A stretch of 64,000 nt of DNA from Camelus ferus (GCF_009834535.1 NC_045697.1:7752001-7816000); one strand, 5' to 3'. Positions 13,203 through 26,779 are shown, numbered from the stretch's first letter. The notes: generated from the letters alone by a model not told the origin. Numbers and translations: made by a program.

Positions 13203-13629
13203 TGAATGGGTGGAGTTGAATTTTGACCCCTTCTTCTGGCAAAAAAAAAAAAAAAAAAAAAAAAAGAAAGAAAAAATATGAACACGTGTTTGTTACTAGG
13301 CTCCCAGTACCTTAGAATGTGACAGTGTTTGGAGATGGGGTATCTAAAGAGGTCATTAAGTTAATGAGGTCACCAAGGTGGGCTCTAACCCAATGACTTC
13401 TGCCCTTATAAGAAGAGATTAGGACACAAAAGTGCAGAGAAAAGAACTTGTAAAGACACAGGGAGGAGGTGACCAGCAACCAGCCAAGAAGAGAGACCTC
13501 GGAAGGAACCAATCCTGTGGACACCTTGATCTCAGACTTCTAGCCTCCAGGACTGTGAGACAATCAATTTCTGTGCTTTAAGCCTCCCGGTCTGCGGTAC
13601 TTAACAGACAGCGCTAGTAAACTAATACA
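13203..13629 (+). mobile_element. MLT1A0/MLT1B solo LTR with an expanded internal poly(A) at 13241-13276
   Basis: cccagtaccttagaatgtgacagtgtttggagatgggg...ccttgatctcagacttctagcctccaggactgtgaga...aaactaataca. Confidence 0.85.
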
Positions 13630-15239
13630 AGAAAGTATAAATTATCCTAAATTTAGGTTTAAATTGATAACAGCACAGCCAGCAAGGTTGAAGGTAAGTT
13701 TTCTCACATTCTGTCTCTTCCTGGAATCTCTTCCTTGGAGTTCCAAGAACAGAAGAGCCATCGGCATTTTGCTCAGATTTGCACACCATGTCTTCTTCAT
13801 CTCTTCAAAATCATGATAATTATTTTTTTCATTTTTTTTTCTTCTAATGTTTCCCTAAATTAAAACCTATCAATTTCAGGTCCCACTAAGATCTTTCCAG
13901 CCTAGCAACATTAGTCGTTGCCTGTGTGAGACTGCCAATGAAATTGATACATGCTTCTTACTGTAATAGGCATATTTACCTCTTGGTGAGTGTGTATTTA
14001 TCCTCCAAATGTTAATGAGTCTTATGCATCTCCCTTTCCAGGGAGACTGTAATTTCACACACAGTCTACAGATGCACAAGGAGGAAAAACCACCTTTCAT
14101 GCTGGTCACTGCACTTAATTTTCTAGTGCCTCTGAACAAGCAATTCCAAAAGCCAGGTGGCTTGTGCTGCCCCACAGCAGAAGTGATTGCTTTCCCACTG
14201 TCTGACTTGAGTAATGTGCTAATAGAAAACCTGAGTTATGGATCTCCAGAACCAGGACAATAATAAAATCATAATGATATTGTTAGCAATCTGGCCCCAG
14301 TGCTGGTTCTTTCTCCCAGAGAAACACTGTCACAGAAATAGAAAACCTCATCAATCACAAAAATCACACGAGAGGCCAGCCAACCGGCTTAAATTTACAC
14401 ACAACGTTGCAGATGAGACTGAATTTCACGGCTGGCGAGCGGTTTCTCTTAGAAAAGCCCAATTAGTGCACGAATTGGTGTGGCTGCGCCTCTCTGAGTA
14501 GATCCTGGGAAGTATGAACCAAAGTGACTTTGACAAGGTTGCACAGGTATTAAGAGGTAGGACCAAGATGAGAGCTCGGTTTTCACGTCAAGCCCACGCT
14601 GCCTCTCTGCTGGCACTTACGTCTTATGCTCTAGGGGCTCAGTGTGTGGCCAAATCCAAGGTTCTGCTTCCTCAAAAACTGTAAGCAAACAAGAAAAACA
14701 AATGAATATCTAAGTGCATGTATTAGTCAAACAACCCAGCTAGCCAGCCAAAATTAACTAGTATGCCCTTGAGTCTTAAACACCCTCTTACCCCTTACAA
14801 CTACGTAATCAATACCAACAGACAATGATTTTGCAGCTTGAAGAACAAGAGAAAGCCAGATATCCAAGTTTCCAAGTAGTAAGCGCTACCTACCGTACTA
14901 GCTTCAGATGGAGCACGCACTCAGGAGATGCACACTCTACCACTCATAGTGCTGTTGTTGTCTTCACTGTGGTTTTTTCAAACTCATATCTAATCCATCA
15001 GAGTAGCCAATTAGAATTCCTTAGACAGTAGACTCATACTTGAACCACTTCCAAAATGAATGAGTCAAGTGGAACCTCTTTCGACATGACTACCAATAAA
15101 ACCAAATCATGCTGACAGTGTTTGGCTTTCTCAAAACATGGACCAATTTTAGGGAAAAAAAAAAAAAGATTCCATCCGTAGTAAGTAATTTTTAAAAGCA
15201 ATTCGTAACTCATGCATTTACTTCAAATCTGAAATTTTT

Positions 15240-16330
15240 ATTCGATAAATATTCATTGAATGCCTGCTTCATGCCAGATCATGTTCTACCTGCTGTGGGC
15301 TGTAAATAAAAATCCTATGTTCATAGTCTGGTAGGAAAAGTTAGACAATAATAAAAAAGGGAACAAAAATGTAGAATGTTGTAGTTAAAGTGAATTAGAG
15401 TGGGGGTATAGGGAAAACCATGCTGTGGGTGAAGGGACAGTGTTCTTGCTATGGTTTTTAACTGTTCTTTTATTGAGTTATAGTCATTTTACAATGTTGT
15501 GTCAAATTCTAGTGTAGAGCACAATTTTTCAGTTATACATGAACATACATATATTCATTGTCACATTTTTTTTCTCTGTGAGCTACCATAAGATCTTGTA
15601 TACATTTCCCTGTGCTACGCAGTATAAATCTTGTTCATCTATTCTGCATTTTGAAATCCCAGTCTATTTTAATGAGGGCGGTCAGAGAAACCCTCACCAC
15701 AAAAGCGATATTTGGGCAGGAACCTTAAGGAATAAGAAATGAAATTATATTGATATCTGAGCCCAGAGTGTTCCAGATAAAGGACAGGTCCAGAGCTAAA
15801 GCTCTGAAATGATGCAGTCAGTGGGCTCAAGGCTTATCAGGGAGTCAGTATGGTCAGAGGGTGGAGGAAAGAAGGGATTAAGAGGGGATGACTTTCAGTT
15901 GGACAGGGAATGCTGTAAATAATTTACATCCTTGTAAGCTAGTTGTTAAGAATGTGGGTGCCATTTTGGGTGGAAAAATAACATGATTTCTTTGTTTAAA
16001 GGATCACTCTGCTTCCGTGTTCAAAATAGACTACATGGGACAAAATTGGCAGGAAGGAGACAGTTAAAACATATCACCCAGGCAAGGGGTGCTGGTGGCT
16101 TGAACAAGGACAACAATGATGTTGGCAAGAAGTGGTTGGATTTTGAATTTATTCTTGAAGGCAGAACCAACACACTTTCCTGCCAGATTCAGTATGAAAT
16201 ATAAAAGAAAGAGAGGTGATAGGAATGATGCCAAGTTTGTGATCAACTAGAAGAATGAATTTGTCATTTATTGAGAGGAGAAACCCTGGGGGAGGGGAAT
16301 TTACTGGAGGAGTAGAGAGATAAGGAAACA
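15240..16330 (-). mobile_element. L2 LINE, long antisense fragment interrupted by a young L1 tail
   Basis: ataaatattcattgaatgcctgc...tttaaaggatcactctgcttc...ttgtcatttattgagaggagaaac. Confidence 0.75.
15455..15665 (-). mobile_element. Young lineage-specific (camelid-type) L1 3' tail
   Basis: tttttattgagttatagtcattttacaatgttgtgtcaaattctagtgtagagcacaattttt...tttccctgtgcta. Confidence 0.8.
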
Positions 16331-16593
16331 CATGTTCTCACAAAGTATTTTGAGTCAATGGGTCTAGGTTTAGGAACGGTTTTGGTGAAAATAAGATGAG
16401 ATTAGTTTTAAAAAGTTTACTTGGCATATGTTGAAGTTCTGAAAGAAGCTTCTTGGAATAAATTACGCTTGAGCTAAGGTACAGAGGATTAGTAGGAGCT
16501 ATGAAAGTGGAGAGGAGGATGGTTTAAAGGATCTATGGAGAAGTCTAATGGGTGCATGGCTGGGAGCAGGATAAACCACTGCACACCAAAACA

Positions 16594-17206
16594 CAGTCTG
16601 CCACAGAACTTGCTTTGAAAAAGTGAATTTGTTCCATTGCAACCGATATATTAAGGAACTGTTTGAGCATGACTGAATTTTGATTTTCTTATCTGTGATT
16701 TTTGTCCATGAGGAACACTGGTGAACACAGAAAACCACATCTCACTGCACCGAGCTGTGTGGAAATACACAAAATGCACACATGCAACATCTTAAACACC
16801 AACAGCCACCTCAGTCCAAATGGAGTGCCGTGGACCACATGCACCCTTCCACATCCGGTGTGACAGCTTTCCCTCCAATTCCAGGCAATTCTCCTCCCCC
16901 GACCCCTCCTTTGCAGTTGTTCACAATCTGCACCCTTCTCGTCCTCACACTCGTAAACACACTTCAGGTCTCTGTCAGGGTCAAGTTCCATTTCTTTTGT
17001 AGCACGTATGCATTTCTTAACCATTTGGCAGGTGTAAAACTGTGTTCCCATTTGTATTGGTTTCTATCTCCTTTTTGTGTGTCCCAAATGAAATGTTCAA
17101 ATTTTCTCTGCCCCTGGCTCCATAAGCCACGTTGTTTTATTGCATAATTTTGCACAGTGCCATGATTGTTAAGAATGCACATATCATGTAATAGCAGAAC
17201 TGACTG
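16594..17206 (+). mobile_element. Tigger13a-like non-autonomous DNA transposon
   Basis: Left end cagtctgccacagaacttgctttgaaaaagtgaatttgttcc; right TIR atagcagaactgactg; internal aaccgatatattaaggaac and cttaaccatttggcaggtgtaaaactgtg. Confidence 0.8.
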
Positions 17207-17570
17207 AAGCTGAAGGAAAGCCAGGTGCTTTGGGAGCGTGGAACCGTGCAGGGAAAGGATGGAAAGCGAGGGAAGGGGAAGAGCTGAAAGATGAAGTGGG
17301 GAGCTCGGACTGTCCAGGTCATCAAGGGTCTTGGAAGACGGTGTCCATTGTTTGACTTTGTCATGAAGTTGATCATAAACCATGACAGACATCATACTTA
17401 TAATTTAGAAAGCTCTCATGGAGCATGGAGATTGGGTAGGAGGAGAGTGAGGCTACAGTTAAGACTCTCAGTGAGGAGTGTGTTTCTTCAATATGGGCTG
17501 GACGAGATGGAGACTTGGTCGATGACAGCACAGATGGACAGAAGTGGACTAGGCAGATCAAGTTCTGCTG
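17207..17570 (-). mobile_element. L2 fragment
   Basis: ggactgtccaggtcatcaagggtcttg...tttagaaagctctc, purine-rich antisense L2 pattern. Confidence 0.5.
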
Positions 17571-19358
17571 ATTTCTACACTCATCAACAGTTTATCTGGA
17601 ATATGTCCACAACTATGTGGTACTCTAGAACGAGCAAAACTGTCAAATAAGAGTCAGAGCTCTGACTTACACTACACCCCCCGGGTATAGATGGATTAAT
17701 GCATGAGATGCGCTGGGTGGGCAAAGAATATCCCTCCTGTGGCTCTGACAACAGCCCTGCAACCTCCTTAATCCCTTCTATGGTTTCCCTTTCCCTGAGC
17801 AACCCTGGTGCAAAGCATCCGATGAGATCCATAGCTCCCAAACTCCATCACACCATTTTTAGGTTTCATAAAATTAGACTTTGAGAAGTTCTTTCAGGAA
17901 AGTTCCTTAATCCTTCAGTCAGCATCATGATGCCATTTTAATGAGCACAGAGTGGATTTAGCCATGGAATTAAGATGCTTGAATGGCTTGGTTTCAGCCC
18001 ACACTTTATCAAACCCACATCACATTCCCTGCAGTCTAACTGCACCTATTTCAGAGAATCAAAGATAACCTTTTTTTTTTTTTCTTCCTGTCTTTCTTTC
18101 ACTTTCAAGGCAGGAGTAAAAGGGAAACACTGACCATCCCATCACCTTCTTAGGCTCTGATTCAAAAGTGCCCCTACAGTTTAGAGTAAGACCTCAAAGC
18201 AGAGATTCAGTATTCAATGCTGTGATCCTACCCGTGTCTCATTCCAGACGAAATTACTTTTTGGGAATCTCTTAAGCCCCTCACCCATTTCATATTCCAA
18301 GCAATTTCCTCTCCCAGTGTCCCTAGAATGCAACCGAATGTTTTGATTCTGTAGACCTGTTCCATAAGCAAGGCTGTGTGGAGAAAACACTTTCATCAGA
18401 GTGCAGAGACTGAGCTCCGGGAACATCACTCCAAGCAGAAGAATTGCCCGATGGCCAAAGGTAGGGTGTGGGGCTCCAGGGACGGGGCTCCGGCTTGAAT
18501 ATCCTGTTCGTTTCTCTTCTTCTCACGGTAATTCTAGGGCATGCTTAGAGCCTGACTTCATCTGCCGCGGCATTTTATTATTTGATTATGCTCAGGTAAG
18601 CTAATTACTAGTAAGAAGGTAATGAAAACCTGAAGCCGGCAGTTAAGTGGCAGCGAGCAGTTCAAGCGTAATGGGGGTTTTAAGTGTTTTCATTTTCCTC
18701 CCATTTTGCACATTGTGAAGAGCCATCTCCTGCTCCTCTGTCTAATGCCCTTAAAATCAGGAATTCATGCAAAGGAAAAATCATCAGGCCAAAAGCAGTC
18801 CTTTCTGCCAGCATGCCAAAGGACACTTTTTCAGCGATTCGGGACTGATGCTCAGCTAAGTTTTATTTCTTTGATGTGTTTGCTTGATTTATTACTGAAG
18901 CTTATGATACTCGGCCTAAGGGGATTTAAACAGAACTTAACATATACAAATAACTATCTTTCCAGCCAGAAAAATCCTACAGTCCTAGAAAAAGAAGTCT
19001 GCTGTGCCCTGCATGACGATTGGATGACTGTGGATTAGGATCCGAGTCTAGCTCAGGGAATAGCTTTCAGACTCAAGTCTGCAGTGGGATCAGGAGAAAA
19101 GAGACTAGAAGATCTGAGAGGCCTCTGTGTCTCCTCTGAAGCTTAGGGGGTAAGGGGAGTAGGTGACAGGACACTAGGGAGAGGGTGGGACCGGGACACG
19201 CAGGGTCCAGTCGCCCTCACTGTAGTGGGCAACATGCAGTTACGATGTGATGCAGGGGAAGCGGTTTGGCTCTCACAATGGGAAGTGCTTGAAGACGGTA
19301 ATGAGTAAACAAGGGGAAACCAGTTTAGAAAAAAATAGTCTAGAAAGAAAAGCTTATC

Positions 19359-20339
19359 TGTATGATAATTTTCCTAGGGCTGCGGTAACAAAGAACCACA
19401 CACTGCATGGCTTAAACAACAGAAACTGGTAGTCTCAGAGCTGCGGAGGCTGGAAGTCTGAGATCAAGGTGTCAGCAAGGCTGTGCTCTTACTACCAGGT
19501 CCAGATTCGTTCTGCTCACTGCATGACAGGCCAATACATTGGGAGCCAAGATGTTGGGACAAGGAATACTGACTTTACTCAGAAAGCCAGCAGATCAAGA
19601 AGATGGGGGACTAATGTCCTGGAGAACCGTCTTCTCCAAAGTCAGAATTCAGGCTCCTTTTATGCTAAAAAGGGAAGGGGGCGTGATCGGTTGTTGCAAA
19701 CTGCTTGGTGTTGGAATCCATTGTTCTTGCAGCTGTCCACGTAGGTCAGGTCGTGGTGTCCCTGTAAACCTCCAACTGAAACAAATGTGATTTTCTAACC
19801 TGCAGCTTTCTATGAATGGAAAAGTGTTAATACGCTTAGAAGTCAGAGCCTTGAGAATGGGCTCTCCTGTATAGTTCAGGCTCTAGGCAACATTCTTTTA
19901 CAAAAGGTTCAGAACCAGCATGATTAAGCCCAGGAAACAGAGCACAGGGTTAGAGCCAAAGGAACAGATATAATATGGAGTCAGATTTGTTCTTTTCTAT
20001 TATACTGTCTCTGAAGGTGACAGAGAAGGATCTGATCCAGGCCTCTGTCCTATTTTCTGCTGGTTTGTTAGCAGCAACCTTTGGGGTTCTTTAGCTTGAT
20101 GCATTCTCTTGTTTCCTGCATGTGTGTGTGTGTGCACGCGCACATGTGTACAAATTTCCCCTTTTGCTAAGGACACCAGTCACATTAGATAAAAGGCCCA
20201 CCCTGTTCCAGTATGACCTCATCTTATCTAATTACATTTGCAATCACCCTGTTTCCAAATAAGGCCGCATTCTGAGGTCCTGAGGGCTGGCCCTTCAACA
20301 TATGAATTTTTGTTTGAGTACAAAATTCAACCCATGACA
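19359..20339 (-). mobile_element. MLT1C-like solo LTR split by an ERV1 LTR (pieces 19359-19489 and 20005-20339)
   Basis: ttcctagggctgcggtaacaaag...ggaggctggaagtctgagatcaaggtgtcagca; aaggacaccagtcacattag...aattcaacccatgaca. Confidence 0.85.
19490..20004 (-). mobile_element. ERV1 solo LTR, MER41-like (cetartiodactyl type)
   Basis: Termini tactacc...tattata with TSD ctct/ctgt; antisense TATA region cttttatgctaaaa; end atggagtcagatttgttcttttctattata. Confidence 0.75.
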
Positions 20340-22999
20340 TAATGTGTTTCATAAACAAAATCACAAGACAATTAGACAGTGAAGAAGGAAAGTCCAAAAA
20401 TGCATTTTCTTTTAGAGAAAGGAAAAAAAAAATAGAAGACAAGATGAAGGAAAGTAGGAAGGAAGGAAGAAAAAAGGAGAGAGAGGAATCAAGGGATTTA
20501 AGATAGATTTTTTTTTTTAGTTTATTTTAATAATTGAGAAACTCAGCATAAGGATGGATGTGATGGGTCATAACCACAGTGTGATTAGTCACAATTCCCT
20601 GTGAGATATAAAGAGGGGTGGCAAACTCAAATGTCCAATGCTGGTCCAGATCCCATCTCCTTATTCCATCAACATTACTGCTAGGCATCTGAGACCAAAG
20701 ACGGGCAAAGCTTGAGTGATGCAAAAATACAAAACAATGAAATACATGCATTTAGGAGAAGTGAGTTGGAAGCAAGCTCTGGTCACAGCCCCACTGGGGT
20801 GGGAAGAAAAGAGAAAGAGACTAGGAAGCAGCATTCATTAAAGGGCTTTCTGCGACAGCCAATTTACAGAAATACTTCTTGTCTCTGTTTCACCTTCCCC
20901 CTCTCCTGCCCGCTCACTCCTACCTTCTTTCTTTTATTAAATGGTTTTCTTCCCTTGCCTGGCACCACTCCGGCGATAAACAGCACAAAGCTCTGTCCTC
21001 AGGAAGCTGACCAGAGTAGTGTTTATTTCCCCCATTTCCCAGGAGAGAAACTGAGGGTTGGAAAGTGTAGGCAGCACCGCCAACCTCTTGCTTCAGAAGA
21101 CACAGGATGTGGATTTCGTAACTTTGTTGCTCTTCCAAAGACCCGACCTCAGCGCCTCTCCTGGAGAGAGTAGAGCTCAAAGCAGGAAGTTTGGTAGAGA
21201 AATGGCCTGGGGTGTAAGTTTCCATGGGCAGGCAAGGGACAAAGTTACCCCTAAGTGGTTCTTTATATTCTTCCTCTTTTTGTTTCAACTGAAGAAAAAG
21301 CATCTTTGGTTCGAGGGAGATCAGGATATCAGAGGGGTTTTCTGAGAGGACGATGTGAAGCTGGGTGTCCAGGATTGGCTCCAGGTTTAAGAAAGAAGGT
21401 AAATGAGGATTTTGTTTTCCCTTCCTGGTAGTCAGTCCAGCTCATCCCTCGAGCAGGGAAGCAGGAACTTCACGCATTTGACTTTCAAAAGGACTGGATG
21501 GATATACTGCAAACTGTGGGGAGGTTGGGAATGGAAATAAGGTAGACCAGGGTAATTTGTAATTTTTAAACTATATATTTTTAGATAATTTTATACGGAA
21601 CATGATGATGGATATAAAATAAGAAGAAATTCCTATATACTTGCTACTATTTTTTGTATGACAATGACTGTCTTATGAATTGAAATGGTGAATAAAGATG
21701 GAATCTATAACTGATGACTGTAAAAAAAAAAGTGGTATCTATAATGTGTGTACATATCCATGTATATATACATATGTATACATGTATGCATGTGTATGTG
21801 TGTTTACATAAAATTCTGCCACCAAGTGTCCCTTGGAAGTCTGGGTCCTTAGTAAATTTCCATTGGATAGTTCTGAATCTCCTTTTTTTATCTTGGCTAA
21901 CTAATTTACTCACTTTCTAAGGAAATGGAAATTTGAATTAGTGTCTATAGCTGTTGTCCACAGGGTCACCACACTGCTTATGAGTGTGAATGCTGCTCTA
22001 GAGGAAGATGTCAAGGATGCTGCTATCTGGATTTAGGATAACATAACTCCAACACGCTTTAGACAGAACACAGTCCAAATGCCCTGCTGATCTGGAAGGC
22101 TGACCACCTGTCTTGTTGATGCATTAGGCTCCCCACGTCTTTGCTCTTCTAGGATTGCTTTATCTTCTATCGCATTTCAACTCCCACCACCAAGATGAGA
22201 TGCAGGAGCAGAGGAAGGGAATGGGCCAGAGGACAATGTGCGTAGAACACGCTCAGGGTCACCCCACCCCTCTGATTCTCCCTCATTGCGTTTGAACTAT
22301 GTTCAGCATCTGGTCCGTCAGGATGAGTTCTTACTGGGGAAAGTTATTTTGTTTGTTGACTTTTTGTTTTCAGTGGCTCTCCAAGATGGTTCTAGACTAT
22401 CTGAAAACTAAATTTAGATCCAAACTGAAAGAGAGAAGACAGAAAGAAAGAACACTGTATAATTTGAGGAAAAAGCAGGTGTTTTAAAGTCAGACTGACA
22501 TGGGATCACACCCTGGTCCATCTGTTTGTTAACTGTGTTAACTGTTTTAAAATGGAGAAAGTATCAAACAGGGTACCTGTGCAATAAAAAATGTTATCAT
22601 ATATATTAGGAACCCAGGAACATGGATGGGTCAATAATTTTTAATACAATGCTTTTTTTTATTATTTAGCCAAATTAATTGGCTTGATGTTGTATTCTTA
22701 AAGTTACACATGTTGGCATTTACCAGTGTTGGTTTATAATTTAACTTCTTCTGGTGGAAAGGTGTCAAGGAGGAGAGGTGAGTGTGATAGAAACTGCAGG
22801 ACAAATGGGAACCTCAAGGAAAATTTATTTTACTATCATGAACACGATGAGGATGATTCTCAACCAACATGCCAATTTTAATATAAAAGGGAATGTGCTT
22901 GTAAAGAAATTCAATCTCACCTTTTACTAAAATAAGAAGTTAAAAAATAAATAAGCACTCACTACTTAGGTTAAAAAAAGCCTTCATCCAACAGCATGA

Positions 23000-23230
23000 C
23001 ACCTATATAAAACTTATAATAGTTTATGGATAACATTTTCCATGAACAAATCCTTTTATGCTCTGTAAATGCCCTTTAAGGCAGGTACATCTATACTGGC
23101 TGTAGCTATACTGCATATAAAACTATAAAATACAATTGAGAAATAGAAAGCTCAGAGAATTTAAAGAATTGGACCAAAGTCATCCATGTAGTAAACTAAG
23201 GAAAGAACACAGGTCCCTTGGGGTCATTCT
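23000..23230 (-). mobile_element. MIR SINE
   Basis: tacaattgagaaatagaaagctcagagaatttaaagaattggaccaaagtcatcc. Confidence 0.6.
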
Positions 23231-23573
23231 TCTGTATTTGTAATACTACCTTAGTAACCCTTATTGAGCAGGTGTGATACTGAAGTGTCAAATCAGTTAC
23301 ACTGGACCGTTTAGACCGTGAAGATACTGGACTGTATCTGGTTTGCTCACCATTTTATCCCCACCTCTAAGCACAATGCCAGGTGTATAAGTGCTTAATA
23401 AATATTGATTGAATTGATGAAATAACAAGATTGTTACTAGGTCAGCTTGTTGGGGGCACGAGTTATACTTCAGAAGCTATCAAAATTGCCTGTAAGTGTG
23501 AGCACATTAGGAACACTGACTCTCAGGAGGCAACAGTTTGAGAGCAGGTCATTTTGAACTTCGGCAGGGGGTA

Positions 23574-23576
<3 letters not shown>

Positions 23577-23605
<29 letters not shown>
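23577..23605. repeat. (TG)n microsatellite
   Basis: Direct observation. Confidence 0.95.
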
Positions 23606-23606
<1 letters not shown>

Positions 23607-23825
23607 CTATGCAAAAGGAAGGGGCAGCGGTACTGAGAAATTAGGATGAGGGTCTAGGGATTATAGAACACAGCCCAAAAGACAACTTTAATATAAATAA
23701 AATAGCCTTACTATAATCCAACCTTTAAGTTAGGTTGGGAATTGCGCTCTACCAGATATCTTGCATATGTTTGGGATCAGGTAATATTAGGGCAAAGGTA
23801 CAGGATGTTTAGTGATCCTTTAGTC

Positions 23826-24032
23826 AAGGGGTCAGCGAACTATGTCCCATGAATGAAAGTGGCCCACCTCTTGTTTTTGTAAATAAGGTTTTACTGGAAC
23901 ACAGCCACGTGCATTCCGTTAAATATTGTCTGTGAGTGTTTTCACCTGAAACGGTGAACTGAGTAGTTGCAGCAGAGAATGTATGGCCCACAAAGCCTAA
24001 AATATTTGCATCAAAATGTTTGTGGACACCTG
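23826..24032 (+). mobile_element. MER58A (hAT-Charlie) MITE
   Basis: aggggtcagcgaactatg...gtttttgtaaataaggttttactggaacacagccacg...tatggcccacaaagcctaaaatattt...cacctg; degenerate TSD ctttagtc/agctagtc. Confidence 0.9.
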
Positions 24033-26573
24033 AGCTAGTCCACACCCCTCATTTAGCCAATCCTGAGCCTGGGCCCCTGATGGATGGGTGGCAGGGCCTG
24101 CTCAAAGTGACAGTCTTAGAGGCAGGCTGGACCAGAACCTGAGTCTCTTCACGGCCACCTTCCTTTGCCACAATGCATCCCATCAGCCTATTCTAAAGAG
24201 TGACGCCGCTTCACAGTTACTTTCACTTTGCTATAAAATACAATAAAATCCACCGATTTTATTCCATGTGTCTATGGTTTCTATTGCCTATGCAAAGCCC
24301 AGCATCTTCCAGCTGCTTTGCAACATCAGCCACACGAGAGCACCTAGGACCAGCGATCCCTCCAGGGGAGGCCGCAACACCGTTAACTGGGCGTATGGAA
24401 GCTGAGGTGAGAACTGGCACAAAGCTGCACAAAATTTCACAGAAAATTGATGTGAGAAAAATGAGGCTTCAGCAATAACTCAAAGGCCGATTGTATTCAG
24501 ATGCCAGCTGGATATTCTCCTTCAGTGGGTCTTCCATAAGCATGAACAGCAGACACACACTGCTCAGTGGTGTGCCCCAGAGAATGGGAGGGGATGGGCC
24601 TGGATCCCCCCTCATGGTAGAAGATATGGCAGTGACTTCAGCGGTGGTAAGGACACCACCAGCATGCCACTGCAGGTGTCCGAGTCACCTTTCTCTTACG
24701 GGGTGGACAGCAGGAATCGGCAGAGCCAAAAATGTCAAATGAGGCCAAAATGATAGAACACTTACTGAAGCTCTGTGGGAAATGCGCAAATCATGGAAAC
24801 AGGCAGAACTACAAAGTTGGAAGGATTCCAAAAAGCCAAGAAAGGAAGCAGGTTACCCTAAAAGTGGAAGAGAATCAAGGAAAACAATTGAATATCAATA
24901 AAAGGAATTAGTATTCAAGAGCTGGCGTCGGTGGTTGGAGGGGGGAGAAGGAATTAAAGGAGTGTGGTCCTGGTCACCATGGCGGGTTCAGGCACCTGCC
25001 CCGGCAGTGTTCGCACTGGTCAGCTGCACCTGGGGGGCCAGGGGAGGGCCAGCCAAGCAGGTGAAAGTAAGGAAATGCTGCTTACTCCAGAGGATGTCCA
25101 GAGTTTCTCACTAGTTAACAAATCAGTGCATCACTTTGTAACTGAGTGCTTCCGGTACATTGTGACACATGTGCGTGGAGATCTGAGACTTTTTGACCAT
25201 CCCGTCTTGCTTTCACTGGAGAACTGAACTTTTTCCCAATCCATATCAACATGCTATGGATATGATCCCAGAGTGGCCACTGATCCAGGTTAGCTGTAAC
25301 AGTCAGGGCAATTAGTTCAAACATCTGCATGCACTCTTTCTAATGTAGTAAGAAGATGAATTTCTTATTATTAGGTGCCACAGAGTCATTCATTTATATG
25401 GAAGAATGATCAGAGATGAAGTCTGAAGACACTGACTAAATGACTCTGAATCCTGTCATGCCAACAGCTGTCCATGATGGCTGCATTCTGAATGGCACCT
25501 GCGGCCCCCACCCCTATTGCTGTATTCTGAATTAATGTCACATGGATGAACCTGTTAGGTTGAATGTAGCACACATACCTCATCCTTGGATGCAAGGGAA
25601 GCTGGACAAGGGCATTCCAGGGTAATATCTTGAACCCTCCAAGAAAAGGGGTATCTGTAAGACACAGTGATCATTCACTTCCCTGTCCAATAAGAGGACC
25701 CCATCTCTCCGAACCTAACATTTGATGAAACATATGGGTTAGACAGGGTACATGAGACTTGAGGAAGTAGTGTAGATGTTGAAAGGTAATGGTTCACTCT
25801 TTTTAAATCAGGAATGAAAAGTACCACGTACAGTTGCACCTGCGGACTGCGTCACTGACGTGTGGCTGGGATATGAAAGGAATGTGGCTCGGAGGGAGGT
25901 AGAGGTGAGAGGTATGGTAAAGGACGGGAACATGACTGCATCACAAACACCTGGATCCACTTGTGCCTGAAGCCACATAATCCCTGGATTTTACAGTTTC
26001 CTGAACCGGCATCCTCACGTTGTCCCGTAAACTAGCTGTTCATAAACAGCGTAATACAGTATCTAGTCTCTACATCGGTGAGATCACAGATGTGCTTGCT
26101 GAGTAAACTCCTAGGCTAAGGGGAACCTAGATAAGCATATAGTCTTTTCAGGAATGGAAAGCAAACTGTGTCAGTGCACCTCTTACAGGTGAATGCTTCA
26201 AAGAGAAGATCAACAAGATACATAAGATTTTCATGTTTGTCCTTCCTAGCAGACGCTACATCACCTTCTTCCTGCCAGTAATTCAGGAGCTTTCGTGTGG
26301 ATGGGTCAGAACCCTCTGCCTGGGACATGTTTTCTAGCTAGTGTTGCTATTAAACACACATACACACCCCCTGAGCCTATGATGGTTTTCTCCCTCTGTG
26401 TCCGCAAGACACCCTGGACCTAGTAAGACCGGGGCTCCTGCGAGCCAGGCCGCAGCGCACCTATGCGGGCCGCCCTGCTCTCTCTCACTTTCTTCTAGCT
26501 GCGCTCTGGTGCCGCCATATTGTCCATCCCACTGCTTTGCCACTAGTTAGGCTAATGTTGCCCTTTGTGCTTA

Positions 26574-26576
<3 letters not shown>

Positions 26577-26641
<65 letters not shown>
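26577..26641. repeat. Perfect (GA)n microsatellite, about 32 units
   Basis: Direct observation. Confidence 0.95.
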
Positions 26642-26645
<4 letters not shown>

Positions 26646-26779
26646 GGGAGGTTTGCAACTTAAGGCCCGCCCTCCAGCCCAGTTCATCAGAGAACTCCCC
26701 TCTGGACCCCTTGAGGCGAAAGGTCTGCTGAATAGAAATACAGTTTGCTTTTGTTTTCCTCTTCTTCCTTTGGGAGTGT

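Noticed and set aside
13241..13276. Poly(A) as a retrocopy tail
   Set aside because: Lies within the 5' part of the MLT1 LTR; best read as expansion of a short A-run
26496..26514. REST/NRSE site
   Set aside because: Half-site spacing and sequence do not fit the canonical 21-bp element
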